Part shown: positions 9,835 through 18,148 of the stretch, one piece after another
Layout of the letters: each line of letters opens with the position of its first letter
Numbering within the stretch: position 1 is the first letter of the stretch
Source of the DNA: a virus
Taxonomy: Duplodnaviria > Caudoviricetes
DNA length: 64,000 nt
Reading direction: 5' to 3' (one strand)
IMG/VR virus record: IMGVR_UViG_3300037047_000216
Span: 10,078-74,077 of that record
The notes under the pieces: generated by a model
The model's input: the letters and a program-made list of their open reading frames with translations, nothing else
Database searches by the model: none
What the model was told of the DNA's origin: nothing
Made by a program: the position numbers and the translations under genes

Positions 9835-10338
9835 TCAGGAGCGCCCGCAGACCTCCCGGACGCGGTCGGACAGGGCAGTTGTGCTGTTCAGTTCATCGAT
9901 GTCTGGGACGATGACGACCTGAACCTTGTCCCGAGCCGTGCCCAGAGCCACCTCATTCTCGCGTCCCTCGAACATGTCGTTGCGGAACACGCGGCCCCCG
10001 CGGATACCCAGGAGGGTCTCGACCACTCGAACGAAATCCTCCACCCCATCCTGGATGTAGGAGAAGGTCACGTTCTTGTTGGCCTCCATGAGCATCCGGC
10101 GCTGATACTCGCTCTGGAAGGGCCGTCCCGGACCTTTCACTCTGCGCACCTCGGCGTCCGAGTCCACCCCCACGATCAGGATGTCGCACCGTCTGCGACA
10201 CCGCTCCAGGTACCGCTCGTGGAAATCATGGAACAGATCGAACGTCCCGCTCGTCAGCCCGACGCGCAGTTCCGGATGCGCCGCGATGTAGAGTCCCGCG
10301 CACTCCAGGCTCGTGCAGGGATACGGATTGATGATCAT
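9835..10338 (-). CDS. Cytidylyltransferase-family nucleotidyltransferase (RfaE2/HldE domain II-like)
   Basis: GTFDLFHDFH and LIVGVDSD..VRRVKGPGRP motifs. Confidence 0.8.
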   Translation of the reverse strand: MIINPYPCTSLECAGLYIAAHPELRVGLTSGTFDLFHDFHERYLERCRRRCDILIVGVDSDAEVRRVKGPGRPFQSEYQRRMLMEANKNVTFSYIQDGVEDFVRVVETLLGIRGGRVFRNDMFEGRENEVALGTARDKVQVVIVPDIDELNSTTALSDRVREVCGRS

Positions 10339-10360
10339 GGCTCCCCCGTTTCCAGGAGGA

Positions 10361-10885
10361 CTACTCAGGGAATCGTTCGAATGATCCCACTCCATGAATG
10401 GGGCACGCCCACCGCATCTCTTTCCCCGCCCGGACACTTTCCGCTATCATGTGATCGATCCGCATGTTGCCGTAACTCTGGGGGTTGGACAGGTTCTTTT
10501 CCCCCGGGGTCTTGGCAATCAAAAGTTTGACTCCCGCGTTGGTCGCCAACTCCTGGGACATCCTGACTACGGCCACGGCCTCGGGGCACTGCAGTTTACG
10601 CCCGAACCACTTGAAATATTGGCACACGGCCTGAGAGGGTACCTTGATGGTCAGAGCCGAGGCTGAAGAACTGTCGAGTTCTTTGACCGCAGTCGTGATA
10701 GCCATCGAAACGGCATACAGTTTGGCCTGAACGAGACTTTGCACCCATGACGGACAGATGCCCGTTTTCAGAATGCGCTGGGTGTTGTCCCGCACCCAGA
10801 TAGCCCAGGTGCCTTTGCCATCTCCGAAACTCGCATCAGCGTAGCCGGAGAGCCAGACCTCGGAGTGGATGTCGTATCGGGGCAT
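10361..10885 (-). CDS. RNase H-like fold protein
   Basis: YADASFGDGKGTWAIWVR; divergent C-terminal region. Confidence 0.5.
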   Translation of the reverse strand: MPRYDIHSEVWLSGYADASFGDGKGTWAIWVRDNTQRILKTGICPSWVQSLVQAKLYAVSMAITTAVKELDSSSASALTIKVPSQAVCQYFKWFGRKLQCPEAVAVVRMSQELATNAGVKLLIAKTPGEKNLSNPQSYGNMRIDHMIAESVRAGKEMRWACPIHGVGSFERFPE

Positions 10886-10913
10886 TCGTAGATCCTTGCC
10901 GTTTCCCAAGGGT

Positions 10914-10941
10914 CTACTCTGAGGCGAGGGTCAATGACCCC
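10914..10941 (-). promoter_or_regulatory. Phage promoter motif (variant GGGGTCAT-N14-GAGTAG)
   Basis: Repeat motif copy. Confidence 0.55.
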
Positions 10942-11214
10942 TCAGTTGGGAAGGATTTGCAGGCGCTTGGCTACCTCGATGATGCGGTCCTTTTTGGAGA
11001 CCGGAACCCCCAGGCGTTCTGACACGGCATCGATCTCTTCGGGAGTTAGACCAAAATCCCAGATCATGGACTCGTCTGAAACCCAGGCGTCAGGATGGCC
11101 CAAGGCAATCAGAACCTGATCCACGTAGGGATCAAGCTCTTCAACCTGCGCGGTGTCAGCGAAAATGATCCTTCGATCTCCCACCTTAGTCAATCCCCTC
11201 GTTCTCCGTTTCAA
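10942..11214 (-). CDS. Hypothetical protein
   Basis: ORF in operon orientation. Confidence 0.55.
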   Translation of the reverse strand: MKRRTRGLTKVGDRRIIFADTAQVEELDPYVDQVLIALGHPDAWVSDESMIWDFGLTPEEIDAVSERLGVPVSKKDRIIEVAKRLQILPN

Positions 11215-11425
11215 ATTTGCGTCCGTCGTCCTTGTCAGGATTCACGAAGGCATAGGGTCCATGCAAGGAGCACACGGGCGCCCCTTGTACGAACGGCCCC
11301 AATTCACCGCACTGAGGACAGCGCCCTTCTTTGAACCATCTCCGCCGCTCCGCGGATAGTGCCGCGTTTTCATCCGCGGAGAGTTCATCCAACTCAGTGA
11401 CGGCTGCTCGTCGTGACGTAGCCAT
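11186..11425 (-). CDS. Small zinc-ribbon hypothetical protein
   Basis: CPQCG...CSLHG. Confidence 0.5.
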   Translation of the reverse strand: MATSRRAAVTELDELSADENAALSAERRRWFKEGRCPQCGELGPFVQGAPVCSLHGPYAFVNPDKDDGRKFETENEGID

Positions 11426-11437
11426 GGTACCCCCAAG

Positions 11438-11510
11438 TGGGCGCAGGAGGGCTCGAACCTCCGACTTTCTGGATGTGACCCAGGTGCTCTACCAACTGAG
11501 CTATGCGCCC
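11438..11510 (-). tRNA. tRNA-Val(CAC)
   Basis: Cloverleaf; loop GTCACAT. Confidence 0.85.
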
Positions 11511-11668
11511 GTAGGCTGACACTCCAGTGTGGTGGGTTGGTTTGTAGCAATGGTCTCCGGTGCCGGATCACAGTACGGGCACCCCCGGCTGGGTTTGCCC
11601 TTCTGCAGTTTGACCTTGTATTTGTTGTGGCACTTTGGACACTTCACCTTCTCTACAGGTTTCGCCAT
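11501..11668 (-). CDS. Small zinc-ribbon hypothetical protein
   Basis: CPKC...CPYC. Confidence 0.45.
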   Translation of the reverse strand: MAKPVEKVKCPKCHNKYKVKLQKGKPSRGCPYCDPAPETIATNQPTTLECQPTGA

Positions 11669-11684
11669 TTCCCCCACACCCCGT

Positions 11685-12728
11685 TCAAAACAGACCGCCC
11701 CCGTCCGACCTCCGGACAATGAGCAAGTACTCCCTCAGGTACTCTGTATTATACTCGCGCTCGGCCTCCTCCCCATCAGATTTGTACCGGGGATACCCTT
11801 TGACGTGTACCTCGATACTCTCTGACGGGAAAGCCTCCGTCAGGATCTCAGTCAGCCGTTCCAGTTTCACTGTACCATCGGAACTATAACTGATGGCGAC
11901 TAGCGACGCTCTGGTGCGGTTCAGGATGCCCTTCAAGAATCGTTCTACGGCCTCTGTACGGCCGCAGAACTCACTCCTGGCGTAACCCTCGGGCAGTCCT
12001 GTAATGCCCCGCACAACGGGATCCTGGGGCGCCACGAGGGCCTCGTAGAGATGGTAGTTGGGGGCGTACTCTCGGGATACGTAAGGAGGGTCGATGTAGA
12101 GCACGTCCTCCATGTACTGGGATCGAAAACCGGGATCCTCCAACAGATCGTGAATGTCCCGGTTGAAAACGACCGCCGTACCATCTCCAGTTGTAGGCTC
12201 CGGAGCTACAATCAGAAGGTTGTGGGCATCTCGTTTCCACGCCTTCAGGTAAGCCCCATGGATCCCAGTGGTGTTTTCCACCTTGCACAGAGCTTCGATC
12301 AGGCACAGGTAGAGGTAGCTCTGAAGCGCTGGATCCTTTACCTGCTGAATGAACGCTCGCGCCGAGTCAACTCGTTTGGCGTTGTCTTCGGTCAGGTACT
12401 TGCGTCCCCCTGCCGGGGAGTAGGAATGGTAGAAATGTCCCTCTCTGGGAGGAAGCTGGTTGATCTCCCCGATCAGGCTTCGTGCCTCCTCCATTTGGGA
12501 AAGGGGAACACCGTACCTTCCCCGGGCAACGTGGGTCGCAAAGGGAAGTAGATCGTTCGAGATCAGTTGGAATCCTTCCTGGATCGCCCGTCCCCCCACA
12601 GCCCCACTTCCGGAGCAGGCATCGAGGAACACGGTTTTCCCCGTAGTCCACCCCAGATCCTGAACATGCCGGAGGATGTGTCGGAAAATCCAGTCCAGAA
12701 GGCTTGTTTTGCGACCGAGATATCTCAA
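11685..12728 (-). CDS. DNA adenine methyltransferase (D12 class)
   Basis: MRYLGRKT, DACSGSG (motif I), YIDPPY (motif IV). Confidence 0.9.
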   Translation of the reverse strand: MRYLGRKTSLLDWIFRHILRHVQDLGWTTGKTVFLDACSGSGAVGGRAIQEGFQLISNDLLPFATHVARGRYGVPLSQMEEARSLIGEINQLPPREGHFYHSYSPAGGRKYLTEDNAKRVDSARAFIQQVKDPALQSYLYLCLIEALCKVENTTGIHGAYLKAWKRDAHNLLIVAPEPTTGDGTAVVFNRDIHDLLEDPGFRSQYMEDVLYIDPPYVSREYAPNYHLYEALVAPQDPVVRGITGLPEGYARSEFCGRTEAVERFLKGILNRTRASLVAISYSSDGTVKLERLTEILTEAFPSESIEVHVKGYPRYKSDGEEAEREYNTEYLREYLLIVRRSDGGGLF

Positions 12729-12740
12729 ACCCGGGACCTT

Positions 12741-13457
12741 TCAGAAAATGTCGGACAAGTCGGGGAGATCAAACGCCGGGTCGGACTCCTGTTTCACTGG
12801 AGGAGCCTCGAACATCGTGATCAGATCTACTCCATCATCGACTGGTCTGACGTGCCCAGAGAGCGCAGTAGCACAGAATTTGTTTCGATGCAAGGATGTC
12901 AGCCCGTGCTGACGGAGGGCCTCGATGTGGGCGGCACTTCCATACCCTTTGTTGGAGTCCCACCCGTAGGCCGGGTAGTTTTTAGACTCCATCTCCATAT
13001 AGGTGTCTCTGGCGACTTTTGCCAGGATGGATGCGGCACCCACCGACCAGTGATTAGCATCGGCTTTGGGCTCGAATCGGGTCGGGACCCGAAATGCGTA
13101 TTTTGCCCAGATCGCGTTCCCGTCAATGATGATCTCGGAGATCGGCTCGGTTCCTTCCATCATCTTGTTGATGATGTTGCGGAAACAAGTCTCCGTTGCC
13201 CGACCAATTCCGATCCGGTCAATCTCTTGGACGGAGGCGCTCTCGATGACCCATTTGATCTCATGGCATTTTCGGAGCGCCGCCGACAGTTCCGACCGTC
13301 TGCGGGCAGTGAGTTTTTTGCTGTCCGTGATCCCATCTACAGGATGGGAGTCGGTTTTGACCAGGACTCCGGCGGCATACACGTCCCCGGCCAGACAGCC
13401 ACGTCCGACCTCGTCAATCCCGAGAATGTTCATGTGACTGAAACTCAGTTCTACCAT
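12741..13457 (-). CDS. rnhB: Ribonuclease HII
   Basis: GIDEVGRG, DSKKL, IIIDG, VGAASILAKV, GYG motifs. Confidence 0.95.
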   Translation of the reverse strand: MVELSFSHMNILGIDEVGRGCLAGDVYAAGVLVKTDSHPVDGITDSKKLTARRRSELSAALRKCHEIKWVIESASVQEIDRIGIGRATETCFRNIINKMMEGTEPISEIIIDGNAIWAKYAFRVPTRFEPKADANHWSVGAASILAKVARDTYMEMESKNYPAYGWDSNKGYGSAAHIEALRQHGLTSLHRNKFCATALSGHVRPVDDGVDLITMFEAPPVKQESDPAFDLPDLSDIF

Positions 13458-13675
13458 TGCCGGTAGTGTTTCGTCCCATTGATGACGAGGTACGTTCCCT
13501 GGTCATCTTCTTCAACGGGACGCCATTGCCCCCCGATCATGTAGTACCGTTTGCCGTCCCGGTAGTCACAGCCCCCGCACCGGAAAACCGGCCTCATGGA
13601 GGCTGCCAGTTTGGCCCGACCCTCAGGGGTTTGGAGCATCTTCCGGATTGCACTTTTTTTCTGTTCTTCTGTCAT
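13451..13675 (-). CDS. Small protein with a capsid-N-terminus-like segment
   Basis: MTEEQKKSAIRKMLQTPEGRAKLAASM; resemblance recalled, not verified. Confidence 0.45.
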   Translation of the reverse strand: MTEEQKKSAIRKMLQTPEGRAKLAASMRPVFRCGGCDYRDGKRYYMIGGQWRPVEEDDQGTYLVINGTKHYRQW

Positions 13676-14624
13676 CGGCTTTCACCTCAGTCCAGCCTAT
13701 CTCGGGAACCGGCTCAGGTTCAGGGGGAAGATCCCAGAGTCCTTCCAAGGACTCTGCTGGTGTTTTGTCCTCGTCGAAGTACGACGAAACTTTTGACCAT
13801 GCATAGGGTTCTTTCGTTTTTTCGGGTTCAACGGGAACGATCTCCCCCCAAGGATCTACCGTGAAACCGGCTACGTTGATGGATTGGAACAGGGGGCTAC
13901 TCGGAATTTTCTTTTTTTCTACGGGGGACTCGATTACATCGCGATTAACAATCGCGAGAGGGGAATACGAGGGGTCGGTAGACTCCGACCTCTCTATGAG
14001 AGTTTCTGCAACCACGTCCAAAACGTCCATGTTTCCCGACAAGCCGGGTCCCATGTAGACTCCCGGTTCCGGGGTAGTTTTTGACGGGACGTAGTTCAGA
14101 TCCCACTGGATACGTCCTTCATCCAGATAGAACCCAGGTTCCAGCCACAATACGGTGAGTTTCCAGTACTCCTCTGACCCGTATTCGAGTTTGGACGACC
14201 CAGGTTCCTCGACCGGGAAAAACTCCTGGGCCTCTTCTTCCGTTAGCTCGGGGCCTGCATAAAGCGTAGCCGTTTTCCAGCTTTCCTGCAGTTGCTTCTG
14301 GATGCGGGGTCCGAGTCGTTCCGCCGGTTGTCCACAGCCAGCCAGTGCTTGGCTGCCGCGGAGCATGACCATCTTAAACCATTGGAGACGGCGGTCGAGT
14401 TCCGCTTGGGACGTGTTCTGGTCGTCAAACGGTCCCCGCATCAAATGCTCATTGGTCTGAATGACATCCAGGAACACGGGTCGAAGCAGAAGCTGAAGCT
14501 CCCCGTCAACCCAAGACGCAAGCTCCTGTTTGACCAAGATGCGTGCTTGTGCAGGATTGCAGGTTCCGATGGGGACTTTCTGATCAGCGATCCGGGAGAA
14601 CATACGAATGGTGTGTTTGCTCAT
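13623..14624 (-). CDS. Hypothetical acidic protein
   Basis: 333-aa ORF. Confidence 0.6.
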   Translation of the reverse strand: MSKHTIRMFSRIADQKVPIGTCNPAQARILVKQELASWVDGELQLLLRPVFLDVIQTNEHLMRGPFDDQNTSQAELDRRLQWFKMVMLRGSQALAGCGQPAERLGPRIQKQLQESWKTATLYAGPELTEEEAQEFFPVEEPGSSKLEYGSEEYWKLTVLWLEPGFYLDEGRIQWDLNYVPSKTTPEPGVYMGPGLSGNMDVLDVVAETLIERSESTDPSYSPLAIVNRDVIESPVEKKKIPSSPLFQSINVAGFTVDPWGEIVPVEPEKTKEPYAWSKVSSYFDEDKTPAESLEGLWDLPPEPEPVPEIGWTEVKADDRRTEKKCNPEDAPNP

Positions 14625-14752
14625 GGCCGTCTACCTCTCGTCACAAGTAGGGGATACTTGGTGCGGGGTAGATACTCTCGCCCGGAGGCGAGGAAAGGAG
14701 GCTCCGAGTGACACACCAGGGTCAACCACGCAGGACACCATACCCATGAAAC

Positions 14753-14829
14753 TGGTGGGCTCGCTCGGATTCGAACCGAGGACCTCGAAATTATGAGTTT
14801 CTTGCTCTAACCAGTTGAGCTACGAGCCC
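14753..14829 (-). tRNA. tRNA with CAT anticodon (Ile2 or elongator Met), CCA encoded
   Basis: Cloverleaf GGGCTCG/CGAGCCC; loop CTCATAA. Confidence 0.85.
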
Positions 14830-14862
14830 GCACATCAAGATGTTACCCGGGGGAGGGTGGTT

Positions 14863-15438
14863 TCAGCCCCACGAAACCATCAGCAGGTGGTTCTGCCCCC
14901 AGGCGAGCAGGCGGTCGAACATCTCCAGCCGTGTGACGATCATCTCGTCCGAAAGCTCGCCCACGATGAGGCGGGGGGAGGCGGGGATCACCTCCACGTG
15001 TACCACGTTGCCCTCGGTGACGGTTTCGACCCGCTCTTCGCCCATCAGTTCGACACCCTCACGGATGCCGGGGGCTCGGCGCTTGGCGCTGTTTAGGAGC
15101 ACCAGAAGGCGCTGCCGAATGGTCGCCATCTGGTCGAGGGTCAGTTCCCCGTAGAGTTCGCCGCCCGTGAAGATGGGCAGCGCGGTCTCGTTCTCGCTGG
15201 TGCTCGGGTGGAGAGTCCACTCGATGGGCTCGGGCATGGCCGCGAGGCCCACCAGCCCGAGGATCGCGCGGGCGTTTCCGTTGCAGAGGTTGAACTCGGG
15301 GGCGTCGCTGACGCGCTCCGACTCGACGCCGTCATCGCAGTACCCGCAGCGATTGCCCGGCACGCAACCCGGAAAGTCGCAGGGCTTCGTGACCGTGCGG
15401 CGCGGAGCCTCGGGACACCAGAAGGTAACGCTCATCAT
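14863..15438 (-). CDS. Hypothetical protein with Cys-rich N-terminus
   Basis: ORF directly downstream of promoter motif 15463. Confidence 0.65.
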   Translation of the reverse strand: MMSVTFWCPEAPRRTVTKPCDFPGCVPGNRCGYCDDGVESERVSDAPEFNLCNGNARAILGLVGLAAMPEPIEWTLHPSTSENETALPIFTGGELYGELTLDQMATIRQRLLVLLNSAKRRAPGIREGVELMGEERVETVTEGNVVHVEVIPASPRLIVGELSDEMIVTRLEMFDRLLAWGQNHLLMVSWG

Positions 15439-15462
15439 GATCCCTCCCCTGGTTCAAACAAC

Positions 15463-15490
15463 CTACTCTGACCCTGAGGGAAATGATCCC
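15463..15490 (-). promoter_or_regulatory. Phage promoter motif GGGATCAT-N14-GAGTAG
   Basis: Exact motif copy. Confidence 0.7.
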
Positions 15491-15491
15491 A

Positions 15492-15803
15492 TTACCGGCG
15501 TTTCCCCCGCAGGTTGGATTCCCTGACGGTGATGGACGTACCCGGCGGAACCTTTCGGATGAATTTCAGCGCCCGCTGGAACTCTTCGTTCTCCAGGATG
15601 CCCTCCAGGGTATCCAGGCCAAGCTCTGTGTTCCGGATCTCGTTGTTCCCGAAGAGCACGTGAAACTGCCGGTGGCATTCCCGACAGATTTTCTCTGTCC
15701 CTTTCTTGTCCTTGCGGCGCGTTTTCAGGTGATGTGCCTCCAGGATAGACTGGGGGACGTGGCGTTCACACAGCGGGCACTGAATGAGGTTCTCCGTCTT
15801 CAT
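15492..15803 (-). CDS. Small HNH endonuclease-like protein
   Basis: CPLCER...HHLKTR...ICRECHRQFH. Confidence 0.75.
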   Translation of the reverse strand: MKTENLIQCPLCERHVPQSILEAHHLKTRRKDKKGTEKICRECHRQFHVLFGNNEIRNTELGLDTLEGILENEEFQRALKFIRKVPPGTSITVRESNLRGKRR

Positions 15804-15810
15804 AGGGGTG

Positions 15811-15838
15811 CTACTCTGCGCCTGGAGGGGATGATCCC
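15811..15838 (-). promoter_or_regulatory. Phage promoter motif, 7 nt upstream of ATG (leaderless candidate)
   Basis: Exact motif copy. Confidence 0.7.
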
Positions 15839-15955
15839 GGAGCTTTCGGGGTTCCATATCGGTCGACTGGACTGCGGGATGTGAACACTCGGAGAGCTAT
15901 GGAAGGACCCCACCCACTCTGGCATCCCTCACACCAAGCGTGGTAGGGCGACCCC

Positions 15956-16294
15956 TCAAAGATCAGTTTCCCGTTGACTTTGATCCTGGACGGCATCGCT
16001 CTCAGAGAAGGATGCGAGCACCCGGAACGTGCCAATGGCTGTTGGTCGGTCGAATTCGCGCTGGAAAGCTTTTTTCGAGAGTGGTTCCCCATCCATGAAC
16101 CGTTTCCAGAAGCCTTTGTCGCGGGGGCCATTGGGGTAGTACCCCCGCTCCATTTTGGCCCCGTGACGGCAGAAGAGCAGGAATCCTATGGAAACAACCG
16201 GAGCCATGACTCCGAGCAGGATCGGTCCAGCCCAAACGGATGGTACCCCACCCTGTTCTCCCAGCATTGCATAAACGAGCAGCAGGCCCCACAC
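15956..16294 (-). CDS. Hypothetical membrane protein
   Basis: Hydrophobic N-terminal segment. Confidence 0.4.
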   Translation of the reverse strand: MWGLLLVYAMLGEQGGVPSVWAGPILLGVMAPVVSIGFLLFCRHGAKMERGYYPNGPRDKGFWKRFMDGEPLSKKAFQREFDRPTAIGTFRVLASFSESDAVQDQSQRETDL

Positions 16295-16300
16295 GATGTT

Positions 16301-16618
16301 CTATCCTTGTGCAGAGTTGTCGATCTCTACCGTTTTGCCGTAGATGCTGGAACGCCCGACCCAACCATTGATCCGGCCTCGGTTGTTCCCGATTTGGTAA
16401 CGACTTTGTCTTTCAGCTTTGATTAGGTGCAGGTAGTCGTGGCCGGAAACGTGGACGAGAACGATGTCCCCTTTGGCAAGAGGAGTCGTTTCGGTGACGG
16501 GATCGAGTGTGACCAGGGCCCCACTTTTGACCAGTGGGAGCATGGAATTCCCTTTGGGGCGGATTTGAACGGGGCGTCCAGCACGAAGCTCGGTTTTGGC
16601 GTGATCAGTCCAACCCAT
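16301..16618 (-). CDS. Peptidase S24/S26-like (LexA/signal peptidase fold) protein
   Basis: GNSMLPLVKSG, GDIVLV, QIGNNRG. Confidence 0.7.
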   Translation of the reverse strand: MGWTDHAKTELRAGRPVQIRPKGNSMLPLVKSGALVTLDPVTETTPLAKGDIVLVHVSGHDYLHLIKAERQSRYQIGNNRGRINGWVGRSSIYGKTVEIDNSAQG

Positions 16619-16632
16619 TGGTTATCTCCAAG

Positions 16633-16869
16633 TTAGGGCTCTGCTAAGCAATGTGGCTGGCCATTGATGGTTTCGACCCGTTTCGCCAAACCTTCTTGAA
16701 TGGTATTGACCCCCAGAAAACCTTGGCCTGTTCCTCCCTCTCGGGTAACTCGTCGATAAGGGAAACCGGATTCCTGATTGCCCCCTTTTAGGATGATCAT
16801 GAGCCAACCCCAAGGGTGGAACATCCAGACATCCCCAGGATGCGGTATGCTGAGTGTTTTGGTAGTCAT
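16633..16869 (-). CDS. Hypothetical protein
   Basis: ORF with AGGAAAA upstream. Confidence 0.45.
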   Translation of the reverse strand: MTTKTLSIPHPGDVWMFHPWGWLMIILKGGNQESGFPYRRVTREGGTGQGFLGVNTIQEGLAKRVETINGQPHCLAEP

Positions 16870-16886
16870 TTGTTTTTCCTTTTAAG

Positions 16887-16957
16887 CAGGGGCGGCAGGG
16901 ATCGAACCTGCGATGCAGGAGTCAAAGTCCTGTGCCTTACCGCTTGGCGACACCCCT
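16887..16957 (-). tRNA. tRNA-Gln(TTG)
   Basis: Cloverleaf; loop CTTTGAC. Confidence 0.9.
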
Positions 16958-16980
16958 ATATCGGGAGTATTACTCCCGGC

Positions 16981-17107
16981 GGGACCTGTTTCAGCGGCCC
17001 TGCTTCCCCTATCCCCTAGTTTCGGCGGGGATCCCTACATCTCGTTTCAGCGATGTGCCCTATCCCTCGTTTCAGCGGGAAGCCCTAACGCCACGCTTCG
17101 GCGGCGC
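16981..17107 (-). repeat. Tandem array of five bulged hairpins with G-CYGAAR-C caps
   Basis: Five units at 16981-17000, 17011-17032, 17037-17056, 17062-17081 and 17088-17107; stems differ but pair; AGGG linkers. Confidence 0.75.
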
Positions 17108-17169
17108 CCCCTCTCCCGTAACGTGGGATTGACGCTGACTACCCCGAGGGGTAGCCTAGAAGGTAGGTT

Positions 17170-17291
17170 TGGAGCAACAAGCCGGATTTGCACCGGCTCG
17201 GGGATGGTTTCAGCCGGGTTGCCCCGGGTGCTGCTCACAACTAGCCATCCCCCGCAGCAGCCCCCGCGTGTTCACACGCCGTCGCTGCCCC
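17170..17291 (-). ncRNA. tRNA-like RNA with 10-bp terminal stem (G3-U70) and variant T-loop
   Basis: GGGGCAGCGA/TTGTTGCTCC; T-arm GCCGG-TGCAAAT-CCGGC; internal GGGGATGG/CCATCCCC stem and GCAA tetraloop hairpin. Confidence 0.6.
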
Positions 17292-17754
17292 TAACCTCTG
17301 TGGAGCCAGGGGGGATCGAACCCCCAAAAATCCGACGCATCGTAGCTTCTGCCCTTCTGGTTGTCCTCCGGCTTTTGCCGTAGTTGAGACTGCCATAATT
17401 AGCCGTCAGGGAGTGGCAATTAGGACAAAGCAGCCGGAGATTTCCAGGATGGTTATTCAAACAGTTTCCATCTATGTGATCGACTGTAATGGGTACGAGT
17501 CCCGTATGGGGGTTCCGCTCGTCCCATCCACATTTTGAGCACTTCTCCCCGTTTTTCTCCCTTAGAAAACGATGAAGGTGCCGAGAGATTTGGTCAGATC
17601 CTATCGTTCCTGTTTTCAGACCTGACAGCCAATCGGCAATGAAACTGCGGTACTGCAATTTCATCTGGCACGTGTTGGAACAATACCGACTCCGAAGATT
17701 CTCAATCGTTTTCCCACAAGCAGGACATTCGGGTCTTTGTTTTCGAGGTCTCAT
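17272..17754 (-). CDS. HNH homing-type endonuclease with N-terminal zinc finger
   Basis: CPACG...YCSNTC; CSKCG...VDHIDGN..NN...NLRLLCPNCH. Confidence 0.9.
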   Translation of the reverse strand: MRPRKQRPECPACGKTIENLRSRYCSNTCQMKLQYRSFIADWLSGLKTGTIGSDQISRHLHRFLREKNGEKCSKCGWDERNPHTGLVPITVDHIDGNCLNNHPGNLRLLCPNCHSLTANYGSLNYGKSRRTTRRAEATMRRIFGGSIPPGSTEVRGSDGV

Positions 17755-17821
17755 GTAAACTGAGACCAATAGAAAGATTACCGAAGGTCTCCTGTTCGGG
17801 ACTCCGTTGAGCTATGGCCCC
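17301..17821 (-). ncRNA. tRNA-Ala-like frame enclosing the HNH ORF (interrupted tRNA-Ala or tRNA-like domain)
   Basis: 5' GGGGCCATAGCTCAACGGAGT pairs with 3' GGGGGTTCGATCCCCCC-TGGCTCC-A about 470 nt away. Confidence 0.6.
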
Positions 17822-17824
17822 AAA

Positions 17825-17909
17825 CAGGGTCGTGCCCTCCAGACCTGCCCAAGTCGTCGTTCCGTCTGGGATGACTCTGCATCCCGAGTTAGAAAGAGGC
17901 ACGACCCTG
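17825..17909 (-). ncRNA. Candidate small structured RNA
   Basis: Terminal stem CAGGGTCGTGCC/GGCACGACCCTG plus GGGATG/CATCCC hairpin. Confidence 0.4.
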
Positions 17910-17918
17910 CACTTCTAT

Positions 17919-18092
17919 CTAGCGAATTTTCTTTTTCATGTCTTCCAGAGCACGCTCGATCACCCGGCGGAACTTCCCGCGCTCCTGTGAGGATGTGCTT
18001 CCCCAGTTGCGCTTCCGAATCCGATACTGCATCTGGTTGTCACCACGAAGTTTTGAGATCTTGCGCAACAGTTTAGCGGCTCGACCACTCAT
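17919..18092 (-). CDS. Small basic hypothetical protein (57 aa)
   Basis: MSGRAAKLLRKISK...; below the ORF-track cutoff; translated manually. Confidence 0.5.
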   Translation of the reverse strand: MSGRAAKLLRKISKLRGDNQMQYRIRKRNWGSTSSQERGKFRRVIERALEDMKKKIR

Positions 18093-18148
18093 GATAGCGC
18101 ATTCCTTTCAGATAAGTCAAAGTCTCGTTCTTTCGGACGACTCAAGGG

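Noticed and set aside
16981-17107. Possible CRISPR mini-array
   Set aside because: Units are about 25 nt, stems vary while structure is kept, there are no unique spacers of CRISPR length and no cas genes
17170-17250. Hammerhead ribozyme suggested by CTGA/GAAAC words
   Set aside because: No CUGANGA core and no NUH cleavage triplet in the required position
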